This document shows positions 39,028-49,018 of a stretch of 64,000 bases of DNA, piece after piece (the stretch's first letter is position 1; every line of letters begins with the position of its first letter). The DNA lies in contig OY762940.1 in the NCBI GenBank assembly GCA_963667255.1, positions 576,001 to 640,000 of the forward strand. Direction: 5' to 3'. Origin of the DNA: Candidatus Cloacimonadota bacterium (GTDB lineage: Bacteria; Cloacimonadota; Cloacimonadia; G963667145). The notes under the pieces were generated by a model. The model was given only the letters and a program-made list of their open reading frames with translations. It was not told the DNA's origin and made no database searches. Position numbers and translations under genes: made by a program.

Positions 39028-40236
39028 GTGATGAACAATTTGACTGAAAAGTTGTCTGCCTTGGCAAGTAAAGGCGAACGCTCTCTCATTAGAGAAATTT
39101 TGAAATTGCTGGATAAAGGCGATGTTATTTCGTTTGCTGGAGGTCTCCCGTCGCCAGAGTCTTTTCCGACTGGGGACATCAGCAAGGTTACAGCCAAGAT
39201 TTTGGCAGAAGAGGGTGAAATCGCTTTGCAATACGGAGCTACCGAGGGCGACAAGATTTTGTGTGAGCAATTGGCTCTTTACAATAACCGCAAGGGATTT
39301 GGCATTAAACCCGAAAATGTTTTGCCGACAGCTTCGTCTCAACAGGCGTTGGATATTATCGGGAAGATGTTTTTGGATGCGGGCGACAACATCGTCATGG
39401 GGCTTCCGTCATATCTCGGAGCGATTAACGCTTTCAAGGCTTACAATCCGAACATTATCGGAGTCAAGCATGACGAAAAAGGTTTGTCGGCTGATGGGTT
39501 GCGAAATGTTTTGAAGGGGTTGCAAGCGAAAGGGGAAAGAGCTAAATTTGTATATCTTGTTCCCGATTTCCAAAATCCAGCCGGAATCACTATGCCATTG
39601 GACAGAAGAGTGGAGATTTTGGCAATCGCCAAGGAGTTCGACTTGCTTATCATCGAGGACTCTCCTTATTGCGAGATTCGTTTTTCCGGCGAACATCAAC
39701 CGACCTTTTATAGTTTGGACGACATGGGACGAGTTTTGAATTTGGGCACTTTTTCCAAAGTGTTGGCTCCGGGATTTCGTTTAGGTTGGATAATCGCTTC
39801 TACAGAAATTTTGGATTCCGCCATCGTGGTAAAGCAGACGATGGATTTGTGCACCAGTCCGTTCATTCAGAGGATTGCCGGACGATATATGGAAGCCGGA
39901 TATCTTGAGGCGAATTTGGGAGGTATCATCGATTCCTACGGGAAAAAAGCTCAAACAATGTTGAAAGCGTTTGAGGAGTTTATGCCAAAAGGCGTTACTT
40001 GGACGACTCCCGAGGGCGGATTGTTTCTATTCCTAAGATTGCCCGAAAATATTGATACCGAAAAGCTTTTGGAAGTGGCGATTAGAGATTACAAAGTCGC
40101 TTTTGTTCCGGGAGTTGTTTTTCATTGCGATGGCTCCGGCAGAAATACCATGCGAATGAATTTTTCTTACGAATCGGAAGAGACGATACGCGAAGGTGTG
40201 AAGCGACTGGCTGAGGCTATCAAGGCGAATATGTGA
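39028..40236 (+). CDS. PLP-dependent class I/II aminotransferase (LysN/ARO8-like)
   Basis: ISFAGGLP, LQYG.TEG, PDFQNP.G, IEDSPY, GTFSK.LAPG.RLGW, PEGGLF. Confidence 0.92.
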   Translation: MMNNLTEKLSALASKGERSLIREILKLLDKGDVISFAGGLPSPESFPTGDISKVTAKILAEEGEIALQYGATEGDKILCEQLALYNNRKGFGIKPENVLPTASSQQALDIIGKMFLDAGDNIVMGLPSYLGAINAFKAYNPNIIGVKHDEKGLSADGLRNVLKGLQAKGERAKFVYLVPDFQNPAGITMPLDRRVEILAIAKEFDLLIIEDSPYCEIRFSGEHQPTFYSLDDMGRVLNLGTFSKVLAPGFRLGWIIASTEILDSAIVVKQTMDLCTSPFIQRIAGRYMEAGYLEANLGGIIDSYGKKAQTMLKAFEEFMPKGVTWTTPEGGLFLFLRLPENIDTEKLLEVAIRDYKVAFVPGVVFHCDGSGRNTMRMNFSYESEETIREGVKRLAEAIKANM

Positions 40237-40901
40237 TGATGAAGTGTAAATTTTGCGGACTAACGATAATTGGCGACCCAACTTTTTGCAAGGGTTGTCG
40301 CAAGTCAACGGGACTTTTGAGGAACGAACTCAGTGCCATCAAGTCGTTGCGATTTTCTTTTGGAAATGTGAAGTGGAAAGAGCATCGTTTGCTTAGTGCC
40401 TTGCTCCTTTTGCCTTTTCTTGCTTTTGTGTTTTCGTTGTTCTTTTTCGACTACTTGCCATACTATTGCGGGTTAGTAGTTTTTCTACTGCTGTTTTTGT
40501 CGCCATTGGCACAGGACAAAGTTTGGCTCAAGAAGATTTATAGATTTGTGCCGTTTTCTTTGACTTTTGTCGCTTACATTTTTCTTCTTCGTCTCATTTG
40601 TCAGGGCGACCCGATATTGAATTTGGTTTACTTCATTATGTGCAATTACGGGCTAAGCCTTTCTCTACCCATTGTTTATAAGCTTGGCAAAGGCTGTTCT
40701 CTTCGCCAATCTTTTTCTTGGAGTTTTAAGACGATAAAAGAGAGCAGATGGCAACAGATGTTTTTGCTTTGGGCTTTGTTTGCCCTCAATCTGTTGGCGA
40801 TTTTGCCTGTTGGTTTGGGACTATTTTTTACCCTGCCTCTTTCTTATCACGCTATCTCTCACTATGGCGAGCAGTTGGAAGAGCATTACAAATCCTTATA
40901 G
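40233..40901 (+). CDS. Membrane protein with an N-terminal zinc ribbon
   Basis: CKFCG...FCKGC followed by several TM helices; GLG...TLP. Confidence 0.7.
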   Translation: MMMKCKFCGLTIIGDPTFCKGCRKSTGLLRNELSAIKSLRFSFGNVKWKEHRLLSALLLLPFLAFVFSLFFFDYLPYYCGLVVFLLLFLSPLAQDKVWLKKIYRFVPFSLTFVAYIFLLRLICQGDPILNLVYFIMCNYGLSLSLPIVYKLGKGCSLRQSFSWSFKTIKESRWQQMFLLWALFALNLLAILPVGLGLFFTLPLSYHAISHYGEQLEEHYKSL

Positions 40902-40910
40902 ATAGACAAT

Positions 40911-41804
40911 ATGAGCGGGACTAACACGGAAATTATATTCATCCACGGCTTAGGGCAGAAGTTGCCTGAGGAGATTTTGCTTTCTTGTTGGCGAAAGTTC
41001 TTGCTTGCCAGTCAGATTGACATCCCCGAAGAGACTATGAGTATGGCTTATTGGGCGGATTGTATCCCAAATCATATTCCGGAAAGCATCCGGCCATCCA
41101 CAGACAAAGCGGTTGAGGATTTACTGGATTTTGTGTCTGCGAACAAAGACAGTTTTCATGTCGGCACAGGAGATGAAGTTGACAAATTTTTCGCTCACAA
41201 GGGGAAAGAGCTGATAAGCATTTTAAACTCCGCAATAGTCCTCAAGGAAAACATTATCAGTTCCGTGTCTCAGGACGCAAAATATTATATCAACGATTCT
41301 CATATTGGGCAACAGATGCGAGGGATTTTGCTCTCCAAAATTGTTTCCGCTTGGGAGAGAGACAAAAAAGTGGTGGTTATCGCTCACAGTTTGGGTTCTG
41401 TGATTGCTTACGATTTGTTTTGGCAATTGTCATATCGTGCTGAATATGAAGAATATAGAGATAAAAAAATTGAAGCTCTTTTTACACTCGGTTCGCCACT
41501 GAGCAACGAAGAAATTTTGGCAAATCTTCTTTCGTCATCTTATCGCAAGAAAAGTTCGTTTTATCCCACAAATATGCAAAATTGGTTCAATTTTTCTTGT
41601 CTCGGAGATGTCGTTACTCACAATTCGAAAATCGGAGAAATTTTCTTGGAGCCAATGAAAAACTTGGGTCTTTTGCAAGATATTCGAGATTATAAAAATC
41701 TGTATAATCCGTATGTTTGCTCGGGGTATCATAACCCGCACAAATCCTATGGCTATCTTGTTCAACCCAAATTAACTAAGTGCTTGAATAAAATTTTATT
41801 TTAA
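40911..41804 (+). CDS. Alpha/beta hydrolase
   Basis: IFIHGLG oxyanion motif, AHSLG nucleophile elbow, FTLGSPL, W.NF...GD, NPH.SYGY. Confidence 0.85.
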   Translation: MSGTNTEIIFIHGLGQKLPEEILLSCWRKFLLASQIDIPEETMSMAYWADCIPNHIPESIRPSTDKAVEDLLDFVSANKDSFHVGTGDEVDKFFAHKGKELISILNSAIVLKENIISSVSQDAKYYINDSHIGQQMRGILLSKIVSAWERDKKVVVIAHSLGSVIAYDLFWQLSYRAEYEEYRDKKIEALFTLGSPLSNEEILANLLSSSYRKKSSFYPTNMQNWFNFSCLGDVVTHNSKIGEIFLEPMKNLGLLQDIRDYKNLYNPYVCSGYHNPHKSYGYLVQPKLTKCLNKILF

Positions 41805-41921
41805 GCAAAAAATATAGCAATTTTTTCATTTTGTTGTGAATTGATAGTTGAAAATCTTGAAACTTGGGCGGGTATTTTAGTTTTTACCGCCTATTTGTAA
41901 ATTATTTTAGGAGTATATGCA

Positions 41922-43457
41922 ATGAAAAAAATTGGAGAAATTGTTAAGGGTAAAAATAGAATTAAAAGTTTGTTATTGTTCCTAATTGTAAGTTCGGTCT
42001 TTTTAAATATTTTAACATTAGATTACAGCCATGATTGGGGAGGAGATTTTGCTGGATATGTTGGTCAAGCAAATGCTCTTGTAAATGACAATGTTGAGAA
42101 ATTCATAAAAGATTCGGAATTTCGATGTATGTTTTCTGAATCGAAGGTGATAGGTCCTGTCGCTTATCCTTGGGGATACCCTCTAATTTTATATTTTCCC
42201 ATCAAAATTTTTGGAATAAATTTTTTAATTTTAAAAGTAGTAACTTTCATTTTTTTTATTGCTTCTTTATTTATAATTTATTTTTTGTTCAAAAATGAAA
42301 TATCCAAAATAAATAGTTTGTTATTGATACTTATTTTTTCGGCTTCACCTTTCTTTTTTAGTTTTAAACAAAATGTGTTATCAGATATTCCTTCTCTGTT
42401 TTTCGCACTACTTTCCCTTTTATTAATAAAAGTAATTTACTATAATGATGTAAACAAATTATCTCACAAAAAAGAATTTTTTCTATTGATTCTATTAGGA
42501 CTGTCTATTTTTTTGAGCCTATTCATAAGAACAAATTTAATTATTCTTCTACCTTTAATGTTTATAGTTCAGGTATTAAAATATAAAAAGACAATAGTGA
42601 ATAAGAAGTATATATTTCATTTTCTTTTACCGTATTTAATTGTTGGTTTTTCCTATATGCTTACAACTATAGTTTTGCCAATTTCATCATATTCTAGCGT
42701 ATTATCCTTTGGGCTTTTTAAACTATTCCCAATAAGAGCCATAAGAAATATTTATTTTTATTTGTATGTTTTTAGTATTTTTTGGGGGAATTGTTCAGAA
42801 TTTTCTAAACTAATGATGAGAGCTAATATATATGGTTTGGATTTATTTGCAGTAATGCATGGATTTTTTTCAGTTTTTTTTGTAGTAGGATTTTTGCACT
42901 CTGCAAAAGAAAAGTCTTTTTTTGTATTTTTTTTCTTAATTTCTATCGTATTGTTTATATGTTTTCCTTATTTACAAGGATTAAGATATGTTGTAACATT
43001 GATCCCTTTTTATTTATTATTTATATTTAAAGGAATTCTAAAAATAAAATTTAACAAGATAATTGGAGTTAGTTCTCGGAAGATTTTGTATTATGTTTCG
43101 TTGCTTTTGTTTTTGTGCTTTTTCATTCAAAATATTGGGTCTATTGTTGTTGGGAAGACTAAGTATGCAAATAAAGTTGATGGTCCTTTTTCAGAAACTT
43201 CTCAAGAATTGTTTTCTTATTTAAAGAAGAATACTTCTCAAGATTCAATTATAAGTTTTTTTAAACCAAGGGTTCTTTATTTTTTTACAAAAAGAAAATC
43301 TTTTGAAATAAATAGTGTCCCCTATTTTCAAAAAGTTAACCCTAACTATTATGTGTTTTATAAAGGTGGCGATCAAAAAATGCATTTATTTTTGAAAAAT
43401 AATTATAAGCTAATTTTTGAGAATAGATGTTTTGAAGTTTTCAAAATATTTGATTAG
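41922..43457 (+). CDS. GT-C fold (ArnT/PMT-like) membrane glycosyltransferase, very AT-rich
   Basis: WGGDFAGY, YPWGYPL.L, VLSDIP, IRTN, RY...LIPF; many TM helices. Confidence 0.8.
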   Translation: MKKIGEIVKGKNRIKSLLLFLIVSSVFLNILTLDYSHDWGGDFAGYVGQANALVNDNVEKFIKDSEFRCMFSESKVIGPVAYPWGYPLILYFPIKIFGINFLILKVVTFIFFIASLFIIYFLFKNEISKINSLLLILIFSASPFFFSFKQNVLSDIPSLFFALLSLLLIKVIYYNDVNKLSHKKEFFLLILLGLSIFLSLFIRTNLIILLPLMFIVQVLKYKKTIVNKKYIFHFLLPYLIVGFSYMLTTIVLPISSYSSVLSFGLFKLFPIRAIRNIYFYLYVFSIFWGNCSEFSKLMMRANIYGLDLFAVMHGFFSVFFVVGFLHSAKEKSFFVFFFLISIVLFICFPYLQGLRYVVTLIPFYLLFIFKGILKIKFNKIIGVSSRKILYYVSLLLFLCFFIQNIGSIVVGKTKYANKVDGPFSETSQELFSYLKKNTSQDSIISFFKPRVLYFFTKRKSFEINSVPYFQKVNPNYYVFYKGGDQKMHLFLKNNYKLIFENRCFEVFKIFD

Positions 43458-43610
43458 GAAATTTGGATAAGTTTTTAATTTATAACTTTAACATGGGCAA
43501 AAAGTTAATTATTCTTAAAATTTTACTGAGAAACTAATTTTACTTGACTTGGATAACTGCTTAATTTTTTTGGTTTGGCAAGAAAATATTAAATTGAAGG
43601 AATTTGCATA

Positions 43611-43889
43611 ATGGTTAAGTTAAGATTGAAAAGGATGGGCAGAAAAAATATCCCGTTTTACAGAATTGTGGCTGTTGATAGTCGCAAAAAACGAGATGGA
43701 GCATATATAGAAGCCTTAGGTTATTATAGTCCCAAAAGTGAAGATGATAGGGTAAAAATTGATGCGGTGATTGCTAAAAAATGGCTCAATTTGGGTGCTC
43801 AGCCTACAGATACAGTAAAATCTCTGTTGAGAGAAGAAGGTATTCTCAAGGGTTGGCACGAAGAAAAAGTTGCTGCGGCTAAAAACTAA
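43611..43889 (+). CDS. rpsP: 30S ribosomal protein S16
   Basis: [29 protein letters not shown]. Confidence 0.98.
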   Translation: MVKLRLKRMGRKNIPFYRIVAVDSRKKRDGAYIEALGYYSPKSEDDRVKIDAVIAKKWLNLGAQPTDTVKSLLREEGILKGWHEEKVAAAKN

Positions 43890-43891
43890 GC

Positions 43892-44128
43892 GTGCAAACG
43901 AAAGAGCTGTTAACTGTATTAATAAGTGAGTTGGTTGATTTTCCTGCTGAAGTTGTCGTTGAAGAGTTTGATGGAGATTTCGGGGAAATTTTTCAAGTGA
44001 AATTAAATAAAGAAGATATTGGGAAAGTTGTCGGGAAAAAGGGTAAAACTGTTTCCGCTTTGAGACAATTGTTCAAGAGCATTGCTCGCAAAAGTGGAAA
44101 GTCGTTCGAGTTGGAGATAGTTGAATAA
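43892..44128 (+). CDS. khpA: KH domain RNA-binding protein KhpA
   Basis: LVD.P..V, DIGKVVGKKG.T..ALR. Located between rpsP and rimM. Confidence 0.9.
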   Translation: MQTKELLTVLISELVDFPAEVVVEEFDGDFGEIFQVKLNKEDIGKVVGKKGKTVSALRQLFKSIARKSGKSFELEIVE

Positions 44129-44627
44129 TTCGAGTGTAATTGTTTTGGCTTCTTTTCGAGGTTATTTGTTGAGTTCGGAAAGATTTGTGAGGCTGAAACT
44201 AAATAGAAGTTGGCATAGAAGTGTTAGTAAAAGTGACTATTTTTTGTTACTATTCGGTCGGGAGATTAGATACTTGGACAGTTTTAGATTGGAGTATCCC
44301 GAAGAGAGTGACGAGGCTTGTATAGCGATAGATGACGAGGATTTGGTGCAAGAGCTTTTGCAGTCCAAAAATGTTGGTTTGGGTTTATTGAAGAAAGATT
44401 ACCAAGGTTTGACTTCCGATGGTTGTCCCTACAGCGGATTTGAGGTTTATTATCAAGACGAATTGATGGGCAAGGTTCTCGGTTATAGCAATGAAAGTGG
44501 CTTGCCTGTTTTGGAGATTGATGTGAATGGCGAAGTGTTGTTAGTTCCTAAGGTTGATGAGTATATTGCGAGTGTTGATGATAACGCATTGCGATTACAG
44601 AATATAGAAGATTTATTGCAGTTATGA
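44121..44627 (+). CDS. rimM: Divergent ribosome maturation factor RimM
   Basis: Position between khpA and trmD; C-terminal PRC barrel G..V......MG.V, EVLLVP.V.EYI. N-terminal half divergent. Confidence 0.7.
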   Translation: MNNSSVIVLASFRGYLLSSERFVRLKLNRSWHRSVSKSDYFLLLFGREIRYLDSFRLEYPEESDEACIAIDDEDLVQELLQSKNVGLGLLKKDYQGLTSDGCPYSGFEVYYQDELMGKVLGYSNESGLPVLEIDVNGEVLLVPKVDEYIASVDDNALRLQNIEDLLQL

Positions 44628-45295
44628 AGATAGATGTTCTAACGATTTTTCCGGAGATGTTTCCCGTTTTTTTGGAGACAAGCATTGTCGGTCTTGCTCA
44701 TCAGAAAGACCAATTATCGACAAGAATCGTTGATATTCGAGATTTTTCCAGAGACAAGCATAAGAAAGTGGACGACTATCCTTATGGTGGTGGCGGTGGA
44801 ATGGTGATGTCGCCTCAACCGTTGACGGACGCTTTGCGGGATTGTGATTATCAGACAGCTGATGAGGTTATCTATTTTACTCCGCAAGGAAAACCGTTGT
44901 TGCAAGCCGATTTACACAGCTTGAAAACGAAGCGAAAGATTGTTCTGGTTTGCGGACATTACAAGGATATCGACCAAAGAATCCGCGAAAAATATATCAC
45001 CAAGGAATTTTCTGTTGGCGATTATGTTCTTTCTGGAGGCGAGTTGCCGGCGATGATTTTTATCGATGGGATTGCCAGACTATTGGATGGAGTTCTTGGA
45101 AATATTGAATCTGCATTGAGCGACTCTTTTGAAGACGGGATTTTGGGTGCTCCGAGTTATACGAGACCAGAGGAGTTTGAGGGGATGAAAGTTCCAGCTG
45201 TTCTTCTTGGCGGTAATCACGCAGAGATAAACAGATGGCGAAAAGAGAAAGCCTTGGAAATTACCGAAAAGAATAGAAAAGATTTGCTGAAATGA
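44624..45295 (+). CDS. trmD: tRNA (guanine-N1)-methyltransferase
   Basis: VDDYPYGGG.GMV, TPQG, CGHY..ID.R, SVGDYVLSGGE, YTRP. Confidence 0.97.
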   Translation: MKIDVLTIFPEMFPVFLETSIVGLAHQKDQLSTRIVDIRDFSRDKHKKVDDYPYGGGGGMVMSPQPLTDALRDCDYQTADEVIYFTPQGKPLLQADLHSLKTKRKIVLVCGHYKDIDQRIREKYITKEFSVGDYVLSGGELPAMIFIDGIARLLDGVLGNIESALSDSFEDGILGAPSYTRPEEFEGMKVPAVLLGGNHAEINRWRKEKALEITEKNRKDLLK

Positions 45296-45840
45296 AAAGC
45301 GTTTACTTGGCTTTGCTCCATTGCGATGTTGTTGACAAGAGCGGGAACGAGGTTGTGACCTCCATCACTAATTTAGATGTTCACGATATTTCTCGCAGTT
45401 GCACATCTTTTGGAGTTGACGGCTTTTTTGTGGTAAATCCACTATCGGGGCAGAAAGAGTTTTTGCAAAGAGTTTTGAATTTCTGGGAGACAGATTTTGC
45501 TCGGGAATACAATCCCGATAGAGTAGAAGCGTTGAGAGTCACTGAGTATGCGAAAAATTTAAAAGAAGTAATAAATAAAATTATAGATAGAGATAGTGAA
45601 TATCCGATAGTTGTGAGCACTACAGCGAAGAGAATGGATAATCAAATAGAGATAGAAACTCTGAGAAAGATGAGTGATAAGCCGCTATTGTTGTTGTTTG
45701 GAACAGGTGGTGGTCTTAGTAACCAAGTGCATGAGAGTGCAGATTACATATTAGCTCCTCTGCAATGTGGAGGCAAGTATAATCATCTTTCGGTTCGGAG
45801 TGCCGTTGCTATTATTTTGGATAGGTTGCTGTCTATATAA
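45292..45840 (+). CDS. SPOUT RNA methyltransferase (DUF2168-type)
   Basis: YLALLH, TSITNLD.HDISR, LLFGTG.GL, YNHLSVRSA.AIILDRL. Confidence 0.88.
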   Translation: MKSVYLALLHCDVVDKSGNEVVTSITNLDVHDISRSCTSFGVDGFFVVNPLSGQKEFLQRVLNFWETDFAREYNPDRVEALRVTEYAKNLKEVINKIIDRDSEYPIVVSTTAKRMDNQIEIETLRKMSDKPLLLLFGTGGGLSNQVHESADYILAPLQCGGKYNHLSVRSAVAIILDRLLSI

Positions 45841-45852
45841 GGAGTTGATAAA

Positions 45853-46200
45853 ATGGATATATTAAACGAAGTTGGTAAAGAACTGGTAAGAACCGACCTT
45901 CCTGAATTTGGAGTTGGGGATACCGTGCGAGTTGATTATAAAATTAAAGAGGGTGCTAAAGAGAGAATACAAGCTTTTCAAGGTATTGTTATTCAAAAGA
46001 GAGGAAGCGATGTTTCCAAGACTTTTACCGTGAGAAAAGTGAGTAACGGTGTAGCTGTGGAGAGAGTTTTTCCTATGTCCACTCCTCTTATTGCCAAGTT
46101 GGAAGTCTTGAGATTTGGCAAAGTCAGAAGAGCTAAGTTGTTCTATTTGCGTGAAGCCAGTGGAAGAAGAGCTAAGATTAAAGAGAAAAAACAATATTAG
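45853..46200 (+). CDS. rplS: 50S ribosomal protein L19
   Basis: [39 protein letters not shown]. Confidence 0.98.
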   Translation: MDILNEVGKELVRTDLPEFGVGDTVRVDYKIKEGAKERIQAFQGIVIQKRGSDVSKTFTVRKVSNGVAVERVFPMSTPLIAKLEVLRFGKVRRAKLFYLREASGRRAKIKEKKQY

Positions 46201-46210
46201 ATTTTTATAA

Positions 46211-47038
46211 ATGCTGACAGGTAATGCTTACGCCAAGATTAATTTATATTTGGATACTTTGTCCAGAGGCGAGCAATATACCGAGATAAGGACGATTTTT
46301 GCCGAGATTGATTTGCACGATGTCCTGAGAGTGGAAAGAAATAGAAGTGGTGAGGTTGGGTTTGGATGTGATGATAAACAGTTGCAAACCGAAGAAAACC
46401 TTGTTTGCAGAGTTGCAAAGTATCTGCAAGATAGATTTGAGGTCTCGTGGGGAGTAGATATTTTTTTACAGAAAAATATTCCCGTTGCCGCAGGATTGGG
46501 CGGGGGCAGTAGCGATGCTGCGAAAATCCTCACCATGCTCAACGATGAGTGGGATTTGGATTTGTCTTTCGATGAGCAGAACGAGATAGCGTCTCTTTTT
46601 GGTAGTGATATTAATTTCTTCCTGCATGGAGGGACTTGTATTGGCACCGGACGAGGGGAGAAGATTAGCAAGATTGATTTAGTAGTAAACGATAAAATTT
46701 TGTTAATAAATCCTAATGTGCCTATCTCCAGCAGAGAGGCTTATCAAGCGGTAGAGAATTTCGAGGCTACGGAGAACTTCGACAAATTTATAAATTCTGC
46801 TGACACGAAGTTTTGCTATAACGCTTTGCAAGCAGGAGTTGAGAGACTTTATCCTATTATAAAGGAGAGTGTAAACGGTTTGCTTGACAGCGGAGCAACT
46901 TCTGCGATACTTTCTGGAAGTGGGGCTACTATAATCGGATTTTTTGACGATATGAGCTCTTTAAGTTTGGCAAATAATTATTTTAAAAAGAAAAATTTTT
47001 GGACATCAATTACTAAAATTGGAAGGAGTGAAACATGA
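46211..47038 (+). CDS. ispE: 4-diphosphocytidyl-2-C-methyl-D-erythritol kinase
   Basis: AYAKINL.L, KNIPVAAGLGGGSSDAA, GSDI.FF, G.GRGE, LSGSG.T. Confidence 0.95.
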   Translation: MLTGNAYAKINLYLDTLSRGEQYTEIRTIFAEIDLHDVLRVERNRSGEVGFGCDDKQLQTEENLVCRVAKYLQDRFEVSWGVDIFLQKNIPVAAGLGGGSSDAAKILTMLNDEWDLDLSFDEQNEIASLFGSDINFFLHGGTCIGTGRGEKISKIDLVVNDKILLINPNVPISSREAYQAVENFEATENFDKFINSADTKFCYNALQAGVERLYPIIKESVNGLLDSGATSAILSGSGATIIGFFDDMSSLSLANNYFKKKNFWTSITKIGRSET

Positions 47039-47304
47039 ACATTACAAAAGTAGAAGTATTCTTGAGAGACGATGACAAACCATTGAAGGCTTTTGTTAAT
47101 CTCATTTTTGATGATAGCTTTATCGTTAGAAATGTAAAAGTTATCGACGGTAGCAACGGTATGTTTGTTGCTATGCCAAATCGTCAGTTGGGTGATGGAT
47201 CTTACCGCGATATTGCACATCCTCTTAACTCTGATACGAGAAAAGAGATAGAGGAATTGGTGTTGCAAAAGTATGAGGAAGAAAAAAGAAATTCTGAAGC
47301 TTAA
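47035..47304 (+). CDS. spoVG: SpoVG family nucleic-acid-binding protein
   Basis: M.IT.V, LKA, F.V...KVI.G..G.FVAMP, Y.DIAHP.N...R. Confidence 0.95.
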   Translation: MNITKVEVFLRDDDKPLKAFVNLIFDDSFIVRNVKVIDGSNGMFVAMPNRQLGDGSYRDIAHPLNSDTRKEIEELVLQKYEEEKRNSEA

Positions 47305-47340
47305 AATTGCTGGCAATTTTTAGTTAATAAGGAGAATAGC

Positions 47341-48375
47341 ATTAAAATATTTTCAGGCAACGCTAATAAATATTTAGCGAAACGGGTCTCTGAATATATA
47401 GAGGGCGAAGGTGCCGTAGATGTTATGGGTAAGGCGGAGGTCTTCGAGTTTTCCAATGGAGAGACTTTCGCCAAACTTTGTGAAAGCACCAGAAATAGGG
47501 ATGTTTTTGTTTTTCAACCTATCTGCCCATCGGAAATAGTGGAGAGAGAAGACAAGAACAAATATCGCACCGTTAATGACAATTTAATGGAACTTTTGAT
47601 TTTGATGGACGCTTGCAAGAGGGCATCTGCCAAAAGCGTAAGTTGTGTTATCCCTTACTATGGCTATTCTAGAACTGACAAAAAAGACCAATCCGGCTCT
47701 CCTATCACGGCGAAGCTCGTAGCGGATATGCTGGAATCTGCCGGTGCTCAGAGGATTATCACTTTTGATTTGCACTCTCAACAGATACAAGGTTTTTTTA
47801 ATATTCCAGTTGATAACTTGTCGGCTTCTTATCTTTTTGCCAAACATTTTTACGATGGATATGGGATTGAAGTTATCGTTTCTCCCGATTCGGGAGGAGT
47901 AGCCAGAGCCAGAGAGTTGTCCAAGCGGATTAACTATGCTCGCCGAAGTGATAAAAAGTGTGTGGAAAAGATTCAAACTGCAATTGCTTTCGGAGATAAG
48001 AGACGAGTTGGGAATGATGACAATGCCGATTTGACCCATATAATCGGTGATGTTGAGGGGAAAAATGTCTTAATCTCGGACGACATTGTAGATACTGCAG
48101 GGTCTCTCGTAAAAGTCGCTTCCGCCTTGCGTAAGCACGGAGCGAAGAAGATTTATGCCGCTTGCGTGCACGGAGTGCTTTCCGGTCCTGCCATAGAAAG
48201 ATTAGAAAATTCTTGCTTGGAGAAAATTTTTATAACGGATACGATTCCTCTGTCAAAAGAGGTTAGAAGTTGTAGTCGTTTGGAGATTATCTCTATAGCA
48301 AAACTTTTAGCAAAAGCTGTATATAATATTAGTGAAAAGAAATCCGTCAGTGAATTGTTCATGATGGATTTGTAG
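47341..48375 (+). CDS. prs: Ribose-phosphate pyrophosphokinase (probable ATT start at 47341)
   Basis: IKIFSGNAN..LA upstream of the first ATG (47425); F..GE, NDNLMEL, PYYGYSR.D, DLH..QIQGFF, VSPD.GG, DDIVDTAGS. Confidence 0.95.
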   Translation: MKIFSGNANKYLAKRVSEYIEGEGAVDVMGKAEVFEFSNGETFAKLCESTRNRDVFVFQPICPSEIVEREDKNKYRTVNDNLMELLILMDACKRASAKSVSCVIPYYGYSRTDKKDQSGSPITAKLVADMLESAGAQRIITFDLHSQQIQGFFNIPVDNLSASYLFAKHFYDGYGIEVIVSPDSGGVARARELSKRINYARRSDKKCVEKIQTAIAFGDKRRVGNDDNADLTHIIGDVEGKNVLISDDIVDTAGSLVKVASALRKHGAKKIYAACVHGVLSGPAIERLENSCLEKIFITDTIPLSKEVRSCSRLEIISIAKLLAKAVYNISEKKSVSELFMMDL

Positions 48376-48394
48376 GAAAAAGAGGTAGCTTAAG

Positions 48395-49015
48395 ATGGAT
48401 TTTAATTTAAAAGTTGAAAAAAGAGCTGTGGCTCAAAAGAAATCTGATAGTAAAAATATTAGAAATGCGGGATATATCCCTGCAATCATTTATGGAGATG
48501 GGAAAGAAGGCGTTCCTATTAAACTGAAATCTAATGAGTTTGTAAAAGCTTATAATAGGTCTCTTGGGGAACTTGTTTTCTTTAATCTTGATGTTGACGG
48601 CAAGAACTATAAGACGGTAATCAAGAGCAAGCAAGTGCATCCAAGCACTAGAAGATTGCTCCACATCGATTTTATGGAGCTTACCAAAGGGCACACAGTT
48701 ACGGTGGATATTCCGATTAAATTGGTTGGGGACTCCGTTGGTGTGCGTGAAGGTGGTATAGTCGATTTTTTATTGCACACTCTTTCTGTCAGTTGTCTTC
48801 CTTCTCAGATTGTTTCCGAGATTGAGGTTGATATTAGCAACTTGGCTATTGGAGAAAACTTGCGTGTTCAAGACATAAATCTTGGAAAGTTGCATGCGAA
48901 TGTTGACCCTGAGAACTCTGTTGTTAACATTCTTCCTCCTATCAAAGCAGCTGCTGATAGTGAGACTGAAGGTGAGCAAGAGGGAAAAGCCGAGGCACAA
49001 ACTCTGGCTGAATAG
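48395..49015 (+). CDS. rplY: 50S ribosomal protein L25 (Ctc type)
   Basis: R..GYIPAIIYG, Q.HP....LHIDF, GVREGG. Confidence 0.95.
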   Translation: MDFNLKVEKRAVAQKKSDSKNIRNAGYIPAIIYGDGKEGVPIKLKSNEFVKAYNRSLGELVFFNLDVDGKNYKTVIKSKQVHPSTRRLLHIDFMELTKGHTVTVDIPIKLVGDSVGVREGGIVDFLLHTLSVSCLPSQIVSEIEVDISNLAIGENLRVQDINLGKLHANVDPENSVVNILPPIKAAADSETEGEQEGKAEAQTLAE

Positions 49016-49018
49016 TTT

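Noticed and set aside
47035..48375. SpoVG-Prs read-through fusion (the two genes are in the same frame)
   Set aside because: The stop is TAA, and a good Shine-Dalgarno before ATT 47341 explains independent initiation more simply.
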